DNA from: Candidatus Bathyarchaeota archaeon
GTDB lineage: Archaea; Thermoproteota; Bathyarchaeia; 40CM-2-53-6
Assembly: GCA_005888635.1 (NCBI GenBank)
Contig: VBAW01000016.1
Coordinates: 133,859 to 197,858, forward strand
Reading direction: 5' to 3'
Length of the DNA: 64,000 nucleotides
In this document: positions 60,455-64,000 of the stretch, one piece after another
Layout of the letters: every line of letters starts with the position of its first letter
Position numbering within the stretch: the first letter of the stretch is position 1
Position numbers and translations under genes: made by a program
The notes under the pieces: generated by a model
Told to the model about the DNA's origin: nothing
The model's input: the letters and a program-made list of their open reading frames with translations, nothing else
Database searches by the model: none

Positions 60455-61043
60455 GTGCAGCAAGAACGCTACGCTCTTCTAGAGTTCATCAAAGATGTCG
60501 ATGTTGCTGTAAGGGGAAATTCGTCTGAGTCGGAGATTCTTCTGCATCTCAAACCGGTCCTAGAGAGGTTGGTAAGTTCGCCCGCCTCCGTCCCGGCTAA
60601 AGCCTTCACTCCGCGCAAAGACAGGTTTGCGATGAATCTCATCCAAATGCCAGAGGACGAAGCATACTCGATCATCGGCGGAGTCTGGCACCCATGGCCA
60701 AACTACCCCGATGCACGACCATCTCACGTGGGCCATGATAGGAGTCTACGAAGGTGAAGAACGAGAAGCGCTCTTCCGTAGAGTAGACGACGGCTCCAAC
60801 CCGAAACTAGCGAGGATTCAGCAGGTGAGCGAACGAGTCAACAAGAAAGGACACGTGACAGTCCTAGGTCACAGTGATATACACCGCGTTGACAGTATCT
60901 CCCTCAAACCCACTACGAGCGTGCACATCTATGGTCGGGATATCGGAAATGCCGAGCGCCATAGCTACGACCCAGTTACGGGCGAAATTAGCCGGTTCGT
61001 CTCGGGATACTGCAACGTCTTGCGTGATAATGAGAGATTCTAG
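60455..61043 (+). pseudogene. Thiol dioxygenase (cysteine/3-mercaptopropionate dioxygenase-like) with a +1 frameshift at about 60695
   Basis: Removing T60695 gives WHPGQTTPMHDH; also IHRV and SVHIYG. Confidence 0.85.
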
Positions 61044-61164
61044 CCCTCGAAGGTCACCTGGGTCACCAATACGCCCGAGCCTGAGGTCCCATCATTAAAC
61101 TAGGCTGGCGTATGGTTTATCTCGGAATGAATTACACCTCTTCCCACTCGGAATCTGATCTGAA

Positions 61165-62841
61165 ATGTCGCAAGAGATACCCGTCATAATCCTGAGAGAA
61201 GGAACCCAGAGATCTAGAGGAAGAGACGCTCAAAGAAGCAACATTATGGCCGCCAAAGTCCTGGCGGAAACCGTCCGTTCGACAATAGGCCCACGCGGGA
61301 TGGACAAGATGATGGTCGGCAGCATAGGAGACATCGTCATAACGAATGACGGTGCAACCATCATGAAGGAAATGGACGTTCAGAATCCTGCAGCCAAGAT
61401 GCTCGTTGAGGTCGCTAAGACCCAGGACAGCGAAGTAGGAGACGGAACCACAACCGCTGTCGTCCTAGCTGGCGAGCTACTTTCCGGCGCTGAAGGACTC
61501 TTGGATCGAGATGTTCACCCTAACGTAATCATAGACGGCTACAGAGCGGCCGCAGAGAAGGCTCAAGAAATTCTTGATGATCTAGGCGTCAGCATCAAAC
61601 CTGACGATGATGAGGAACTGAAACGGATCGCCCTCACCTCACTTAACACGAAAGGAATTTTTGGCTCACAGGAGCATTTCGCGGACTTGGCCGTCGAGGC
61701 TGTGAAAGATGTGATGGAAAAGAGTGGGACCAAGATTACTGCAGATATCGACTTCATCAAAGTAATGAAGAAGCATGGAAAGAGCCTCTCCGACACTGAA
61801 CTCGTCAGCGGCATCGTCATCGACAAGGAAATCGCCCATTCTCAAATGCCTAGAAGCGTAAGCAACGCCAAGATCGCGCTACTCAATGCCAAGCTGGAAA
61901 TAGAAAAGACAGAGATGGACGCAAAGATCAACATAAACAGGCCCGAGGAAATGGAGCTCTTCCTTCAAGAGGAAGAGAATCTTCTCAATGCGATGGCTCA
62001 ACAAATCGCCGATAGCGGTGCGAACGTTCTATTCACGGAGAAGGCAGCTGACGATGAAGTCCTATCAATTCTAGCGAAAAAGGGAATTCTCGCGGTGAAA
62101 AACGTGAGTAGCGGAGACATGGAAAAACTGGCAAAGGCAACAGGCGGAAGCCCCGTCGGCACTCTGAAGGATCTCTCAAAGGCAAGTCTAGGTCAAGCCA
62201 AACTTGTGGAAGAAGTGAAGATCGGTGACGACAAACTCGTCTATGTTCGAGAGGCAAAGAATCCGAAGGCAGTAACAATAATGATACGCGGCGGGTCAGA
62301 GCATGTTGTGGACGAGGCTGAAAGATCCCTACACGACGCGCTTTGCGTAGTCAGGAATGCGCTTGAAGATGGCAAGATAGTCGCGGGCGGAGGCGCCCCC
62401 GAAGCGGAGCTTTCCAAGCGACTGAAAGATTTCGCAACCAAAGCTGGTGGGAGGGAGCAGCTCGCGATCAGAGCCTTCGCGGACGCTTTGGAAGCGATAC
62501 CCGTTGCCATCGCTCAGAACGCAGGGATAGATCCCATCGACATAATGGTTGATCTCAGAGCTAAACACAACACTCCGGCTAACAAATGGTTCGGAGTTAA
62601 CGTATACACAGGAAAGACCGCTGACATGTGGAAGCTGAACATAGTCGAGCCGCTGCGAGTGAAGAAACAAGTTGTAAGATCAGCTACAGAAGCCGTAACA
62701 ATGTTGCTTAGGGTCGACGACGTAATCGCATCAAAGGGCGGTGGATCCGGCGGTGGCGCTGGCGGTCCTCATGGAGGAATGCCTCCGGGCATGGGTGGCG
62801 GTATGGGTGGCATGCCACCCGGCATGATGGGCGGAATGTAG
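61165..62841 (+). CDS. ths: Thermosome subunit (group II chaperonin)
   Basis: [30 protein letters not shown]-rich tail. Confidence 0.98.
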   Translation: MSQEIPVIILREGTQRSRGRDAQRSNIMAAKVLAETVRSTIGPRGMDKMMVGSIGDIVITNDGATIMKEMDVQNPAAKMLVEVAKTQDSEVGDGTTTAVVLAGELLSGAEGLLDRDVHPNVIIDGYRAAAEKAQEILDDLGVSIKPDDDEELKRIALTSLNTKGIFGSQEHFADLAVEAVKDVMEKSGTKITADIDFIKVMKKHGKSLSDTELVSGIVIDKEIAHSQMPRSVSNAKIALLNAKLEIEKTEMDAKININRPEEMELFLQEEENLLNAMAQQIADSGANVLFTEKAADDEVLSILAKKGILAVKNVSSGDMEKLAKATGGSPVGTLKDLSKASLGQAKLVEEVKIGDDKLVYVREAKNPKAVTIMIRGGSEHVVDEAERSLHDALCVVRNALEDGKIVAGGGAPEAELSKRLKDFATKAGGREQLAIRAFADALEAIPVAIAQNAGIDPIDIMVDLRAKHNTPANKWFGVNVYTGKTADMWKLNIVEPLRVKKQVVRSATEAVTMLLRVDDVIASKGGGSGGGAGGPHGGMPPGMGGGMGGMPPGMMGGM

Positions 62842-64000
62842 CCGACACAAAGCTAGCCTAGAATTCTGGCATGGACAGTATTCAAACCCAAGACGCGATT
62901 ACGCAAAGCACTTCGTGGGATTTGGACCCAGGTTTACCAGTACATATGAGCGTACCGGCTAAGCCGTTTTGGTAACCTCTTCTGAGTCCGTAGCTTGGGT
63001 GAAACCCTCGGGCTTGGGAGCAAATGCAACTCAAACCCCTTTTCTCTCCATTCGGCATCGTCCTGGAACTGTGTTCAGAAGGTGCTTCAGTGGAAAATAC
63101 AATGCCCAGTTTCTAGACAGCCTTAGTGAATTGGCCACAGCAAGGAGTAGCTCAGCGGTCACAGTTCCCAGATGCCTCAGGTAGGGGTTGAAGTTGGAAA
63201 CAGGAGTATTCCTGAAGAAGCCACCATCTCCGCTCTGGCTAGCGGGGTCTCCCCAAGTATACGGAAGAAAGCTCTTGGGAAGTCGCGCTAATTGCCGAAC
63301 CCTGGCCGGTGGTCAGTGGTCTGGGGAATCGGTTTTAGAGTGAGCTTGAGCTGATGGGCTTCTCGCGCAAAAGCGGGCATTCTCTCAGAAAAGCGAGGAT
63401 CCTGGATCAGCCTCGGGCTAACGGTCAGGAAACTCACATTGGTTCGCATTGTTTATTTTGCCTGTTTGTTACTGATATGTAATAGGTATTACTTGCTTAT
63501 AAGCCTTCTTTGAAAATGGCCGTACGTCACATCCGGAGAATAGGAGGTCAGACCAGGCTCATCAGTCCACAGGGAGTAGGGCCAGCATCCCCGAACCGGT
63601 ACGGCAGATTCTGACCAGGACCCATTTCCATTGAAGAGAAGCTACTGCCGATTTTGCTTCCTTTTCCGTTAAGTCTTGAGCTGTCCACCAATTTCGACGA
63701 AACGTTTCTTCACAGCCTCCAAGAACCCAGGCTTGTAGTCCCTGTCATGTGAGATTTGGACCTTCAATGGACTGGGCCCTCAAGCCTCCATAAACGGCCA
63801 CTTCGCTTGACGGAGAAAGACGAATAAGCTTCACCGTCCTCTCCACTCTCCTTTTTTTCTCTACTACTATTAGCATCGCTTAAATCTCAGATCCACGTCA
63901 TCTTTATTCGAAAATGGCAGACGAGATTTCCCCTGTGGCTTGCGTGCCATGCGGCATCGACCTAGGCTTGGCTCCGCCCGGTACACTTGTCCGGTGCTGG

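Noticed and set aside
60685..60710. Dioxygenase frameshift as a second BHB intron
   Set aside because: A single extra base explains it; no helix or bulge structure
62740..62841. GGC/ATG low-complexity repeat
   Set aside because: Normal GGM tail of chaperonins
62950..63300. Possible RNase P RNA (CCAAAACGGCTTA on the minus strand resembles the CR-V region)
   Set aside because: No matching GAGGAAAGTCC-like CR-I motif and no terminal P1 helix found
1..64000. tRNA/rRNA genes and the many short antisense ORFs in the track
   Set aside because: No cloverleaf or rRNA motifs recognised by eye (intron-split tRNAs could be missed); the antisense ORFs shadow well-supported genes

Overview
Archaeal chromosomal window (GatDE, thermosome, RadA, NucS, SmAP, archaeal 7S SRP RNA, CofC/CofD). 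A DUF5752-like domain and the overall gene content suggest Bathyarchaeia/TACK, which is inference only. Most genes are housekeeping or metabolic: glmS, asd, purA, pyrG, pyrC, tkt/tal, FixABCX-like ETF, Tat, and a CheB-CheR-PAS kinase. Highlights: (1) a 23-nt bulge-helix-bulge type intron that interrupts the GDEGKGK P-loop codons of the protein-coding gene purA, restores the frame exactly when cut at canonical tRNA-splicing-endonuclease positions, and has a competing 8-bp alternative fold; (2) a ~6.5-kb decaying integrated element with a tyrosine integrase and an HUH rolling-circle Rep, bounded by dif-like direct repeats at the trmI stop codon; (3) a four-member paralogous family of membrane-hairpin proteins, two with long Pro-rich tails; (4) a DUF4331 protein whose Tat signal sits on a separate small ORF near tatAC. 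Several single-base or deletion lesions (gatE start, asd catalytic Cys, purA 3' deletion, thiol dioxygenase frameshift) may be consensus errors. All calls come from reading the sequence; no database searches were run.
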